DNA from: Octopus sinensis
Taxonomy: Eukaryota
Direction of reading: 5' to 3'
DNA: 64,000 bases
Assembly: GCF_006345805.1 (NCBI RefSeq)
Contig: NC_043008.1
Span: forward strand, 71,858,001-71,922,000
The notes under the pieces were generated by a model. That model did not search any database, was not told the DNA's origin, and was given only the letters and a program-made list of their open reading frames with translations. A program made the position numbers and the translations under genes. Below, piece after piece: positions 1-14,274 of this stretch (its first letter is position 1; every line of letters begins with the position of its first letter).

Positions 1-65
1 TGTCGAAAGACATCTATAGTAAGTAATTTTGACAAAAGAAGCGTTGGTCTTCTTGTCGCTGCTGT

Positions 66-200
66 CTTCTTCTTCTTCTTCTTCTTCTTCTTCTTCTTCT
101 TCTTCTTCTTCTTCTTCTTCTTCTTCTTCTTCTTCTTCTTCTTCTTCTTCTTCTTCTTCTTCTTCTTCTTCTTCTTCTTCTTCTTCTTCTTCTTCTTCTT
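66..200. repeat. (CTT)n microsatellite
   Basis: Uninterrupted CTT run. It explains the poly-Ser ORF 29..226. Confidence 0.98.
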
Positions 201-618
201 CCTCCAATCAGGACTCACACCATTAACCACAAAGAATAATCTCTAATTTGAGCCTACTCTATGCTACTAAGAATGCGTGTGGCAACTTGAAGATCTACCC
301 ACTACACGCGATAGACTGGCGGTTGCACGGGCGCGAAAGCTACGTTGTTTTCCTCATTCCGTAAACGATGGCTTTTAACGGGTGGAGAGCTGCACCATCC
401 TGGGGTACAGATGACTCGCAATCTAGACTAGGGTCTGAAAGTTTACCACACCATAGAGGGTTACACCATGGTTCCTCTGCTTTGTGGCAGAAGTAGGAAG
501 AAAGTGTGAAAGTTGTTGTGAAAGAGTACGGTGCCCCCCTTCATGGCCTTGGGAATCGAAACCGCGCCCTTATGACCGCGAGTCCGCTGCCCTAACCACT
601 GGGCCATTGCGCCTCCAC
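201..618 (-). mobile_element. tRNA-derived SINE head fused to a ~280-bp body, ending at the (AAG)n run
   Basis: The reverse complement starts GTGGAGGCGCAATGGCCCAGTGGTTAGGGCAGCGGACTCGCGG...GGTTTCGATTCCC (pol III A/B-box-like), followed by a TACTCTTTCACAACAACTTTC core. Confidence 0.65.
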
Positions 619-637
619 TACCGCTGTTGTTGCTGTT

Positions 638-693
638 GCCCGCGTGCTGCTGCCCGCGTGCTGCTGCCCGCGTGCTGCTGCCCGCGTGCTGCT
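638..693. repeat. 14-bp GC-rich minisatellite (GCCCGCGTGCTGCT)x4
   Basis: Four exact tandem units read directly from the sequence. Confidence 0.95.
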
Positions 694-821
694 GCTGTTA
701 CTACTCGAAGTGGGGGTGGTGGTGGTGACGGTGGTAGTGGTGGTATTGTTGTTGATGGTGACTGTGGTTATGATCTCTACACTCTGTCCAGTTGCCGAGT
801 TGCCCTTTCACTAGCAGGAAA

Positions 822-1130
822 GGAGCACTCCGTCGGTTACGACGACGATGGTCCCAGCTGATACGATCAACGGAACAGCTTGCTCGTGAAATTAACGTGC
901 AAATGGCTGAGAATTCCACAGACACGTGTACACTTAACGTAGTTCGCAAGGAGATTCAGCGTGACACAGAGTGTCACAAGGCTGGCCCTTTGAAATACAG
1001 GTACAACTCATTTTTGCCAGCTGAATGGACTGGAGCAACGTGAAATAAAGTGTCTTGCTCAAGGACACAACGCGTCGCCTCACAACCTTACGATCATGAG
1101 CCGAATGCCCTAACTACTAAGCCACGCGCC
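822..1130 (-). mobile_element. tRNA-derived SINE (octopus-type)
   Basis: The reverse complement starts GGCGCGTGGCTTAGTAGTTAGGG and ends CGTCGTAACCGACGGAGTGC. A homologous copy lies at 15715-15950 (+). Confidence 0.8.
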
Positions 1131-1669
1131 ATAACTTTCACTAGCAACCTCACAGGTCAAACACTATCACTCTCTCTCTCTCTCCTCATCGTCATATAAT
1201 TCTCCTCCTCTCCCCCTCTGTCATTAACAACTGACTCTCTTTCTCAAATATTAATATTTTTGTTAGCGTCTTGAAGAATTGTGAAATTTTCCTCACGTGG
1301 AAATAATGTCGGTAAGTCATCCCCAAAATACGGGTTCTATACAGAAGAAAGGAACTCACAAGTGGAAGATTACCTTACTCTCCACTTTGGTTAAGAATGA
1401 AGTGAAAACAGCTATTTTCCAGTGGAAATAAAGATTTTCTTTCAAAAGACAAAATACTGTGCCGAGGTCAACTTGGCTTACCCGGCTGACAGCTATATTA
1501 ATAATAGTGATGATTTCATTTATTTTTCACAAGGATGAAGGATGAGGGGGACGACACAGAGACAAATATAAAGTGTGGTGGGTTATATATAATAACGAAA
1601 TGATAAAAAATGAAATAAAATATAAAATAAAATATGCATGGTAAAGAAGGGACATACAAAGATTATAAA

Positions 1670-1870
1670 GCAGGTGTGGAGGATGCTAGAAATGTGACCC
1701 TCCTGATACAGGAACGCCTCTGGAGATAATCGAGGAACCCCAATGTCCGAGATTTCTCTGAGATCCTAGAAGTAAGAGCGCTCTCCAATTTCGTCTCCCT
1801 TCCTATTTTCGCAACGTTCAACCCAACTTTCAACTCACTCGAGGGCAACACTTCTCTCACCAAATAATGT
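1670..1870 (+). pseudogene. possible degenerate GIY-YIG endonuclease fragment (PLE)
   Basis: A frame with stops reads CGGC*KC..DTGTPLE, loosely resembling the PLE motif CxGCxxxYIGETGxxL. The match is weak. Confidence 0.3.
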
Positions 1871-1924
1871 TTTCATATTTTTCCACAAGGAGAGCAATTT
1901 TGGGGGAGAGGAGGAGTCGATTAC

Positions 1925-2325
1925 ATCGACCGCAGTGTTCAATTGGTACTTATTTTATCGACGCCAAAGGGATGACAGGAAAAATCAACCTCGGTAGAAT
2001 TCGAACTCGGAACGTAGCGACAGACGATAATACCGCTATGTATTTTTCCAACTCCCCAACTTCCTTTCTACTATAGGTACAAGGTCATAAATTTTGGAGG
2101 AGGGGATAAATCGGTTATATCGACGCTTAATTTAATAATCCTTTCTTTTAGGAGAGGTGACTTGTGAAATTCATCGATCTCAGTGTTTCACTGGTACTTA
2201 ATTGATCGACCCCTAAAAGGATGGAAGTCAAAGTCAACCTCGGTGGTATTTGAACTCAGAACGTAAAAACAGATGAAACGTTGCTATGCATTATACCTGG
2301 CGTTGACCATTCTGCCAACTCGCCA
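1925..2325 (-). mobile_element. two adjacent SINE fragments of one family
   Basis: The motif GGTACTTA..ATCGAC..AAAGGATG..AAAGTCAACCTCGG..TTTGAACTC is repeated at ~1940-2030 and ~2190-2280. Confidence 0.7.
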
Positions 2326-2867
2326 ATAATGATAATCTGATATCAAGAATACTAAATCTTGTAATTGTGAATCAATGTAGACATCAATATTTAGTTCAGA
2401 TATTTCAATGTGAAATTTGATTGAAATATCTGTAGCTTTTACGAAACATGTTCTAACATTCGATGTTTTGATTCCAAACTAGTAGCTGTTAAGTTGCTTT
2501 TTGTTAAAGCAGAGTTTTAATAATTATATAACCCCTAAATTCTTAAATTCATAGGAATTAGATTGAATAAGAAGCGGAGCGACTTTCAGATTTAAATATA
2601 ACGATATGTTTGTATATACGTATATACCCTCACATCTCTTTCCTTCTCCCTGTATATATATATATATAACGGGAAGCTTTATAAAAATAGACAAAAGACG
2701 AAGGCAGGTGGAATGTGTGTGTGTGTGTATGTAAATATGTATATATATATATATACACACAGTAAATACACACATATGTGTATGTCTGCCTATGTGTGTA
2801 TGTGCATCTCTATATATGATAACATATACATACACACACACAGACACACACACACACACTAACACAC

Positions 2868-2921
<54 letters not shown>

Positions 2922-5900
2922 GTGTGTGTGTGTGTGTGTGATAAGAGTGTAAACATATAGGCTCATACGCATACACATAAATCTATGTTAGGAAGGAAAA
3001 CGTATATACACAGCGATACATCAACAACTCTATTATAAACACGAAACCATTTTTGACATATGACGAAGTCGTACCTGATGTTGTATTTCTCTTTCATGGC
3101 AATATGAGTCAAAAATTAGATTAATTTCAAAGCGATTCCAAACATAAAAAATGCGATAGGAGAAACTGTATCTACGGTTCATTATGTAATCGAAATGCAT
3201 TAAAAAGTATTTTGAAAAATGTTAGTGTATTTTAATTATAATGAAACTTTACATAGAAAGTAAGATCTCAGTATATCAGTTATACAATGAGTGAAAATAA
3301 CTAAACAGGGAAAAAGCTATTGCATAAAATTAAATGAGGTAAGGTTATGATATCATAATTTAAAATATTATAAATAATATACGTGTACACACACACACAC
3401 ATATGCACAAACACATCCGCACACACACACGCACACACATACACACACACACACCACACACATACATATACCATAAGGTATAAAGAAAATATGAAGATTT
3501 ATATTAAATATCTAATAGACTATTCTTTCAGATAGCATCGAGGAGATAAGCTCTTGTCAATGTGTGTGACACGGGTTTGCTTCTTGATTTTCGAGTGCAA
3601 TGCAAGGTATAGGTTTCTCTAGAGTTTCCATATATACAATTTCATTCATAGCATATGGGCCGATTCCTCGTGAGTTAAATTTAACATCATGGTGGCTTTT
3701 GTAATCCTTTAGCAATTGGAAAGTTGTGGCTCTTACATGCCTGAAAAGCTGGAGATACGTAGCTGCTGACGGACCTTTAATGCAGACTTAGGTAGATATA
3801 AAGTAATTTATTATCAAATTCGGAAGTGGTACAGCCGATTGCTCCATAGCTGGTTGAGAACCCCTTTTCCGCATTGACAGTGCTTACTAGGGCATTGGAA
3901 AGTTTTAGAAAAAATGATCTGAGCATTGTCTGCTTTATTCGTTTAGATTCATCGGAGTGGATCGGTTGATAGGCGTCAATATAGACAACCTAATCTAAAG
4001 AAACAGGTGATATTACGTGTCGGCAATTTTTTAATTCTTGGTAGACTTCGAATTTTCTGGAATTCGTACGTGGCTCGAGAAAATAGCTTTTGCTGGCTCT
4101 TAAAATATCATTTTCATGGAGTAAAGGCGAGAATGCATTTTTTCCCCTTATTCCATGAGGCATCGTAAATAGGAGAGAAGGACAGGAATTTGTAGGGGGT
4201 TAGTTTTTGCGCATGCGTGGAATAGACTTGTATGGGGAAAGAGGCGTTTTAGAGAGAGAAAGGTAAATATTTTTAACTGGTAGAATTGATAGAATGCGAA
4301 CAAAAATGATTAGAGAATGGTAATCAGAATGATATATGACTGATCATCAAAGTGAGTGCAGTAATGGTTTCATGAAAGAGAAGTCAATGACTGCAACAAT
4401 AAACCTCAAAAGCAAGATATACAGTGTAGCAGTGCTTCATGCATTTTTCATAATTACCTTCTTCCGTTTACTAAGTCTTTCAACGCCTTCTTGATACAAT
4501 TTGACGAACATACACCATAAAATTGCAGATGAAATTTTAAAAAAATTACTTTTCATAGATATTTTTTGAAATGTCAAAACAGTATTTCAACCACTAATAT
4601 TAACAGATGTTTCAGACAAATACTAAAAATTGACAGTGTTGCTTGAAAATTTTAGCTATTAAAGATGCACCTAAATCCCAACATCTGCTGCTTTTGTTGC
4701 AAATATCAATATAAAATCTTTCAGCAACCCCCAAGGGGGTTGACTGCGGTTGCATGATATCACAGCAGACACAAAAAGCATGGATGCCTATAACAGTAGC
4801 ATAAAGACACATATACTTAAAATGGGTTGCATATACAGACTCGATATAACCTATGTTTTAAGTTACGAAGTACTCATATACGCACAAAATATATAAAGTG
4901 AAAATGAAAGACCAGTACTAGAATAAAATTTCAAATTAACGTGCCAACATTCCCATAGAAAAATTCAGTAAAAGATAAATACATAATAATGCAAGATTTT
5001 ATTGTGTATGTAGTGGCATTTTGAATGAAAGAAAGAAAAAATTTCATCTAAACTTAAAAGACCAGGACAAAATACAATACAAAACACAATCCCTTTGCAT
5101 GCTGGACCTCAAGAGGCTTTTACTGAAAGGGCAAAGAATTTTGCACTGTGATACGTGAGCCAGGAACGAATTGGACTAATATAAGAAGAATATTCGAAAA
5201 TAATACATATATATATATATGTATACATGTATATGTAAATGTATCTACGTATGTAAACATATATATGCATATACATACATACACACAAACAAGCATACTT
5301 ACATACATACGTACACACACATACATACATACATACATATATACATACATACATACATAAATACATACATACATATATACATACATACAAAAAACCTTAA
5401 GGAGGAGATTTGTATCTTTGTCGGAAATCGGCTCCCTCCTCAGTGGAAGATTTATAATAATAAAAAAAATAGAAGAGACAATACATATATTATATATATA
5501 TATATATATATATCTTATATATATATATAATATATATATATAAAGAGAGAGAGAGAGAGACAAAGAGAGAGAAAGATGTATGTATGTATGTATTCACATA
5601 TAGTCACACACAGTGTAAATTGTGATGAAGCGCAAAACAATTGTAGTGGAAGGGAATAATAACTGTGGACAAGACTTGTATAGCATACTTCGAGGTTTCT
5701 CTCAAATTTTATTCAACGACGTAGAATCTTCGATTATCTATGCGGCTAGTACAGACGACAAAAGATGGACAATTTAAAACGAAGTTTATTAACATTGTAA
5801 GTTTCACACTTCGCTCCAAGTTGAAATATAAAGGTATTTCGACGTGCTCATGGTTACCTTACCACTCAAAGTTTAGCAACGGAAATTCCTAAGAATGCGA

Positions 5901-6027
5901 ATAAAACTCACAAAAATGTTACAAACGGAAGATGTAGATAACTATATATTTACATGTATACAAAAAAACATGTGCCACACATACATATACTTAAAAACGT
6001 GCATGTATGTGTATGTACGAATACGCA

Positions 6028-6068
<41 letters not shown>

Positions 6069-6419
6069 CTTTTTGCTCCGCTCGTCGTTCATAAAAAAAT
6101 CCGTGTTCGCATAACTTTTTTCGTTCGGCGTTAACAGCCCTTTTAATCTTGTTTTTCCTTGTCCTGTCTTTTACTGATTATAATTTGTACTGTCGTACTG
6201 TCCTGTTTTTGTTACCATTTTTTAGCCCTCTGCGAAAAGATCTCAGATTTTAATTGATTTGCTTTTCGCAGGAAGAAAAGTTTCTTGTCGAAGATACGTC
6301 TCGCTTTATCCTTCGAAACGTTAGAGTAGATGAAACCATAGGACTGAAGAAGGGTTTTTCTTTGTGTTAATTGTCATGTACTCTATTTTTTTGTTGTTTA
6401 AAAAAATGTCCAGTTCCTT

Positions 6420-7092
6420 TGAATTACAAATAATGCTCATCTTCTATGCTCGGATGACTCCACAGCTTCCAAGAGTACAACTCTTCGTCTTGAGAATACT
6501 TCTTGATGTTTGTCAATTTCCCATGGTTGAAATTTCATCAACATCGAAAATTTATGAATTTTCATGGGGTGGGGGTCTGCCCTCTTTAAGCCATCTGAAA
6601 TATATTCCATTATACCCGCCCTTATGCATTGAATCTAATTTTCAAATATCATAAGGATATATTCAGTAATTTTGTCGATGAAATGGTATGAAACAACTTC
6701 TCCCTAGGCTCGATTTTGTGTTCTAAATTTCATTATGATCGGTGGCAGCATTTTCGAGTGTATAAGTATACCGAACACATAAAAACATACAAATATAGAA
6801 ACTCACACTGATTAAGGTTTTTACCCTTTATTAGTGTGAAATAAATTAATTACGTTAGCAGTGTCCGAATGATTACTGAAGTAGGATCTCTAGAACGTTT
6901 ACGCGGCCGTTATTCGTCTCTCACTATCATTATGACGTCTTTGAGCAAGAAATTGTATGCTATTTTTAACACAGCTACCTGTACCTTCTAATTTGTTCAT
7001 TCCAATTTAGGATAAATGTAAACACACCCATCTTACTTCCTATTAGTGCGTCCCACTTTCAAGCAAATACTTTCATTAGCCATTTGATCTTG
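6420..7092 (+). repeat. near-identical, internally deleted duplicate of 8168-9408
   Basis: 6420-6492 matches 8168-8241, 6493-6788 matches 8556-8860, and 6813-7092 matches 9121-9408. The differences are mainly 1-nt indels. Confidence 0.9.
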
Positions 7093-7153
7093 TAGAGGTA
7101 GGTACGTACATATATATTTATTTAATGTATATGTTTTATTTTATTTATAAATA

Positions 7154-7226
<73 letters not shown>

Positions 7227-7228
<2 letters not shown>

Positions 7229-8880
7229 TAGCAGAGTTACCGGCGTTGCCCGAGTTACATACAATTGAAGAATTAGAATTTTCTGTTATATTTTCTGTGA
7301 TGAACTGAAATACCTGTTTGGAATTCCATAAAAATTTCAGATGAGGGTTATTTCCCTATTTACACGCCCAAACAAAATTGTAATCGTACCACATGTATCC
7401 CATACTACTGATTTTTATACGCATATTCCAAAATTCCAGTCTTATTGAAGCTGTTAAAAGGATTTTGCTCCTGAAAAATGGAGGCCATAGAGCTCTAAAA
7501 TGTGAGAGTTATTAGGGGTGGGCATCTTAATGTCAACCAGAGAAGTTGAATTTTGAGAATCTTATTTAACTTGGGTCTTATATCTATTGTTTGAATTTCT
7601 TTGAAATAGGAAATATATGTTCACTGAGTTTGTAAAAGAGAGCAAAGCTACAGGAAACCAAAAGTCGAATGATCACAATAAGCAGTCAGCTACAGTACCC
7701 TAGTCGTTACCACTCCCAATGTAGTATTCCTCACCATGCAGGTGACAGGGACAGCCGCAAGATGCATTACAAATCTATAGCAATTGGAAGGGAGTGACCC
7801 AACTGAAATAAACATTAACAACTGTGTGACATGAGGGCTAAGGAGAAATGAAAGTTGGAGTTTGCAAATGAACATTATACTGATACGTAACTGGACAGAA
7901 TAAATATACAATCTATAAATGTCTTTGAATAACCAGTCATTCATCTGGGAAGGCCTTGAAATCAATGTTACCATGTGGGGACTATGTGTGACCCAGTGAT
8001 AATAAAAAGACTGAAAGGAGATCTGCAGTCAAATAACTTTACTCAACACTTTGCAACTGAGTCAGCGGTGGCAAAGATGCCTCTCATTTACTCGATAATT
8101 CATGCAGCACATTGCAGAAATTACAATCTAAGTGTATGTCAAAGCAAACTCTTACACTGTTGTACCATTGAATTACAAATAATGCTCATCTTCTATGCTC
8201 GGATGACTCCACAGCTTCCAAGAGTACAACTCTTCGTCTTTGCTTAGATAGAATGACAAAATTGTGGGTGTTAAGTCCCCATGGAGGGGTCTTTCTAACT
8301 TATAAGAAGATGAAATTTTATAAATATTACTTCACTTGTATCTAATATCTATGGTTAAAATTTCATCAACAGCGAAAATATATGAATTGTCATGGGGGTT
8401 GAGGCCCTTATGCATAGAATATAATTTCCAAATTTCGAAAAGATCCATTCAGTATTTTGACTTAGTTTTGGATCATAAAAGAAATGACTAAAATTACGGA
8501 GTTAACGTCCCCATTAGGGTGTCTTAGAATCATCTTCATGTGAAGTGGAAACCTTGAGAATACTTCTTGATGTTTGTCAATTTCCCATGGTTGAAATTTC
8601 ATCAACATCGAAAATTTATGAATTTTCATGGGGGGGGGGGGGGGGCCCCTCTTAAGCCATCTGAAATATATTCCATTATACCCGCCCTTATGCATTGAAT
8701 CTAATTTTCAAATATCATAAGGATATATTCAGTAATTTTGGTCGATGAAATGGTATGAAACACATTCTCCCTAGGCTTCGATTTTGTGTTCTAAATTTCA
8801 TTATGATCGGTGCAGCATTTTTCGAGTGTATAAGTAATACACGAACACATAAAAACATTGTCTTTGATATAATAAATATG
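7227..8880 (+). mobile_element. non-autonomous Helentron/DINE-1-like element
   Basis: It starts ACTAGCAG..CCGGCGTTGCCCGAG directly after (TA)n. It has internal ~100-bp imperfect repeats (8340-8450 vs 8575-8730) and ends in a TTTGATATAATAAAT-type terminus. Family assigned by recognition. Confidence 0.45.
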
Positions 8881-8908
8881 AATGTACACATATACATACA
8901 TATAATGT

Positions 8909-8940
<32 letters not shown>

Positions 8941-8983
8941 GTATGTGTGGGGGGGGTGTTTGTGTGTGTGTTTGTGTGTGTTG

Positions 8984-9036
<53 letters not shown>

Positions 9037-9636
9037 AAGATAAATTGATAGATACAACTGAGTGGGCAAACAAAAATATGCGACACAGCGTAGTGCTTTT
9101 TTATGTTGATAAGCCTGATGAAAGGTTTTTACCCTTTTATTAGTGTGGAAATAAATTAATTACGTTAGCAGTGTCCGAATGATTACTGAAGTAGGATCTC
9201 TAGAACGTTTACGCGGCCAGTTATTCGTCTCTCACTATAATTATGACGTCTTTGCGCAAAGAAATTGTATTGCTATTTTTAACACAGCTACCTGTACCTT
9301 CTACCTTTTGTTCATTTCCAATTTAGGATAAATGTAAACACACCCATCTTACTTCCTATTAGTGCGTCCCACTTTCAAGCAAATACTTTCATTGGCCATT
9401 TGATCTTGATTTCCTTTTTCTTTTTTTTTTCATTCTTTTTTCAACTTGCCATTCCTGATGTGGATAGTTTGATAACTTATTTGATCGTCTTGTAAACAAT
9501 GAAGAGATATTTGGACCTGAAGATTAACAAAGCTAGTTTTGTGTGTTACAAATTACGTAACAAATATTTTACTTTCCTATGAAACATTCGTAGTCCGTGT
9601 TTCACTTGCTCTATTCCTATATATATATATTTATAT

Positions 9637-9675
<39 letters not shown>

Positions 9676-9685
9676 TTCCCTAAAC

Positions 9686-9722
<37 letters not shown>

Positions 9723-10421
9723 CACACATATATATGTATGCATGTATGTATATATGAGTGTGTGTGTGTGTGTGTATTTGTATATATACATATAAAACTA
9801 TACATACTGGAATTATGGTGATTTATATATAAAAATACGAAATTTCAAAAGCTATAAAATAAATATGTAAATATTTTTTAAAAACGTCACAACAAATATA
9901 GAATGTACAACAATAACAACAGTAATATTTGTTTGCACTCTATTACATTTTTTTTTAAATTAAAAGATTTATTTTCTAATTCCTATCGATCATATTCAGA
10001 ATGATAACGTTAGAGTGAACTTAGAACAGAGATAAACCGAATCTGATGAAGGAAACGAAAGAAAATCACTTGAGAAAATGAATATAATTAAAATAAAAAC
10101 AACCAAATAAATGAAAAACATGAGTACACTCTAAAATTATATTACTTTTAAAAAATATTCTTAAATAGAAATAAAAATCTAGAAATACAGTAAACAACTG
10201 CAATAACATATATAAGACCAGCAACAACAACAAGAATAATAACAATAACAATTATACAACAAAGGATAAAATAACATACATTGACATACGAAGAGTGTAT
10301 TCTTATCAAACAGAGTGACAGGAATGTTGATATTCGCAATACTGTGCTACGGTGCAACAAACATATAGAGTAGCAACAGTAATAGCAGCAGGGAGAACAC
10401 TCAAAGCCGCACATTGTCTCA

Positions 10422-10452
<31 letters not shown>

Positions 10453-10579
10453 TGTATGTATGTATGTATGTATGTATGTATTATGTATGTATGTATGTAT
10501 GTATGTATGTGTGTGTATAAATAATCTGTTTCTCTGCTTAAATGTGTGTATTCTTGTCTATTCCATTACTTATTTCAGC

Positions 10580-10865
10580 ATTTGACTGCGGCCATGCTGG
10601 AGCACCGCCTTTAGTCGAACTAATCGGCCACGGGTCTTATTTTTTGTAAGTCTAGTACTTATTTTATCGATCTCTTTTACCGAATCTCTAAGTTACGGGG
10701 ACGTAAACACATCAACATTGGTTGTCAAGACACACATATATACGAGGGGCTTCTTTCTGTTTCCATCTAGTAAATCCACTCACAAGGCTTTAGTCGACGT
10801 GAGCCTATGGCAGAAGACACTTGCCCATTATTCCATGCAGTGTGGCTGAGCCCGTAGCCATGTGT
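10580..10865 (-). mobile_element. SINE (TTTGACTGCGGCCATGCTGGAGCACCGCC family)
   Basis: Homologous to the full copy at 52847-53246. Confidence 0.85.
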
Positions 10866-11192
10866 ACGTATATATGTACATAAGTAGATGTGTATATGCA
10901 TATGTATATATGTATAAATGTCTATAGGCTTTAAAAAGACGGTTCACTATGAAAACCTGTGCCGTGCATGTCTTGTATATTATGAATATCATGTAAAATC
11001 GAATGGAGCTCCCATCTGCCTTTCTACATATCTCTCTCGGTCTCTTTGAATCTCCGTCTCGTTCTTCTGCTCACTCGGTCTTAACCTGAACATATAACAT
11101 ATACACATATACTTTCAACACAAAGCCCAGATACCCACTCACACACATATACATACATATACATGTATATATATATATATATAATATATATA

Positions 11193-11231
<39 letters not shown>

Positions 11232-11512
11232 TAACAGATGTATGTACCTTCTTAGATATGTGCAATACACAAACAAAAACATTCACACACACATGCATAA
11301 GAATACTCACTCATGCATTCATATATGTGTTTGTGCGTGTATGCGTGTCGTGTCTGTGTATGAGAGTACTTATTTCTACTCATTGTTTCAAAACATTCCA
11401 AAAGATGAAGACAATAAGAATCACTCAACAAAAACACGATTACAAGTATAATTCGGCAAGACATACTTATAAAAACATTTGTGGTATACCCGTATATATA
11501 TATGCGTGTATG

Positions 11513-11575
<63 letters not shown>

Positions 11576-12813
11576 TGTGTGTGTGTGTGTGTGTGTCTGT
11601 GTGTGCATGTGTGTATAATATATGCGTGTATATATATATGTATGCATGCATGTATATATATATGTATGTGTGTTTGTGTGTATATATCGTAGACAGGTAT
11701 ATGTCCATCTATGTATGTATGAATGTATGTATGAATGTATGTATACATATGAGCATTTATGTGTCTTCCAATATGCGTTCCTTCTTGTCTATCAGTGATT
11801 TTTAGAGAGAAAAATATTTCAGGAAATTTCAAGAAATAAATATATAATAAAATACACAATTATTATAATATTAAAAAAAAAAAAACATAAATAAAGAACA
11901 GGAAAAACACGTAACATTTCATAAAAATTGAAAATATAGTGATTCGTGGAAAAAAAGTAATAATCTGTAGCATTAGTAAACTATAGTCTTTAAGTACAAA
12001 CATATAAAACGAAATGCTATTTCCAAAGTAGCGGATGATAGAATCAAGACTTTTCAGTTATTCTCCTTTCAAGTAATGATTTCTTCTTAGAACTTATTGT
12101 GTCTTTTGTTTTGTTGATGTGTTTTTGCTTTATGTATCTTTGTTATTGTTTTATGTTTTATGTTTTTGCAAGTTTGTTTATGTTTACATTTTTCTTTGTC
12201 TTTATTAATTTCTATGTATTTGTTTATTTATTTATTTATTTATTTATTTTAGTATAATTTCCTTTTGAATTTCTCTTTTGCTGTTTGTACATTTTTCTTA
12301 TCTTCAGTTCTCTCTGAAGATATGGAGAAAAAATGCCTGTATATATAAGTGTGTGTGTAAATGCCTAATATCTGCATGTAGATATATATATATATATATG
12401 CATCCCCCTCTCTCTATCTCTCTTTCTCCCTCCCGCTTTCTCTCTCTCTCGATCTGTATTTATTCATATCCACCTCTCTACATTAATACATATATTTCTG
12501 TTATGTATGTGCATGTGTATGTGAGTGTCTGCATGTGCGCATGCGTATGTGTTTCCGTCCAGGAGTAAGTGTGGGTTTATCTACAAACACACTCAAAAAC
12601 ACACATATGTGCATTTTCCTACGACTACCAACGAATATATGAACATATATTAAGAGGACTCTATAAATATGTATGAATAGGTATATATGTATATTTATAT
12701 ATATATACATACATCATGCACATCCATACACACACATCTATACTTATGAATATAACTACATATATACGTATAAATATAAACATATATGCATGTATGATGA
12801 AAGTATGTAGTAT

Positions 12814-12851
<38 letters not shown>

Positions 12852-12939
12852 TGTATCTATCCATCTGTCTCTATACTCAGACATATACATATAATACATA
12901 TACATGTGTGTATACATGCGTGAAATTATATGTAGATAC

Positions 12940-13127
<188 letters not shown>

Positions 13128-13379
13128 GCTCTGTCTTTGTTTGAATATATGTACAAGGTTTTATGCATATAGTGTTTGTGCCTCAAAGAAAAATAAGTAA
13201 AATAATCTTATTCAAGGAGAAAACTCTTAGAAATCTCGAATATTCCAATAAAATTCACTTTTCAGGTGACAGATGTGTTTGAATGCATGTAGCATTGTGT
13301 GTGTGACTATATGAGCGTGTTTGTATGTATATGTTTGTATGTATATGTATATGTGTTTATATGTATCTTCTTTTATTCT

Positions 13380-13550
13380 TTTACTTGTTTCAGCTGTTTG
13401 CCTGCCGCCATTCTAGAGCACCGCCTTTACTCGAACAAACGGACACCAAGACTTATTCTTTGTTAGCCTAGTACTTATTCTATCGTTTTCTTTGTCGAAC
13501 CGCTAAGTTACGGGACGTAAATACACCTACATCGGTTGTCAAGCGATGGT
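13380..13550 (-). mobile_element. SINE fragment (3' half)
   Basis: Homologous to 52860-53035. Confidence 0.8.
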
Positions 13551-13736
13551 GAGAGGACAAACACAGAGACAATACGGCACACACTCACACACACACAGAA
13601 ATATATACATATTTAAACGTATCAGTGTTTGTGTGTGCTTCTGTATGAGTTTGTATTTCTGTATCTATATTGAAGTCTATGTTCGTATGTATGTATATAT
13701 GTGTGTATGTATGTGTCTGTATATACATACATACAT

Positions 13737-13781
<45 letters not shown>

Positions 13782-13787
13782 CTGTAT

Positions 13788-13842
<55 letters not shown>

Positions 13843-14274
13843 CACATATATATATATGTATATATTAATTATACTTACATATATGTGAGTGTGGGTGTAT
13901 GTGTGTATGTGCGCGCACATGTATGTTTCTGTATATGTAATTGCTTATGTATTATGCATCCAACTCTGGCAGTATTTGTGCTTATTGTTATATGTATATA
14001 ATACAGAAACGCGCACACAGAAGCATTTGTAATGCATGTTTATGCGCCTATGTATGTGTATTAGTATGCTGAATATAAGTGTGTGCATCTAAAGTGAGAC
14101 CGTTGGCGTATGTGTGTGTGTGTATTTACATGTATATGCATACATTGATGCAACCATGTATATGTGTCGTTTACATGTTTATATATATGTATACCTTCAT
14201 GTATATGTTTGCATTTCCTTTCACGTAAATGTGTGTCCGTATGAATGCTTTATGTTTTATCCTTTACTTGTTAC

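Noticed and set aside
540-618. tRNA-like sequence on the minus strand
   Set aside because: It has A/B-box-like motifs but no complete cloverleaf, and it runs into a SINE core. It is a SINE head, not a tRNA gene.
3540-4400. Complex non-repetitive stretch (similar ones at 17300-17870 and 29000-29600)
   Set aside because: There are stops in all frames and no motif I can recognise. These are probably old TE debris.
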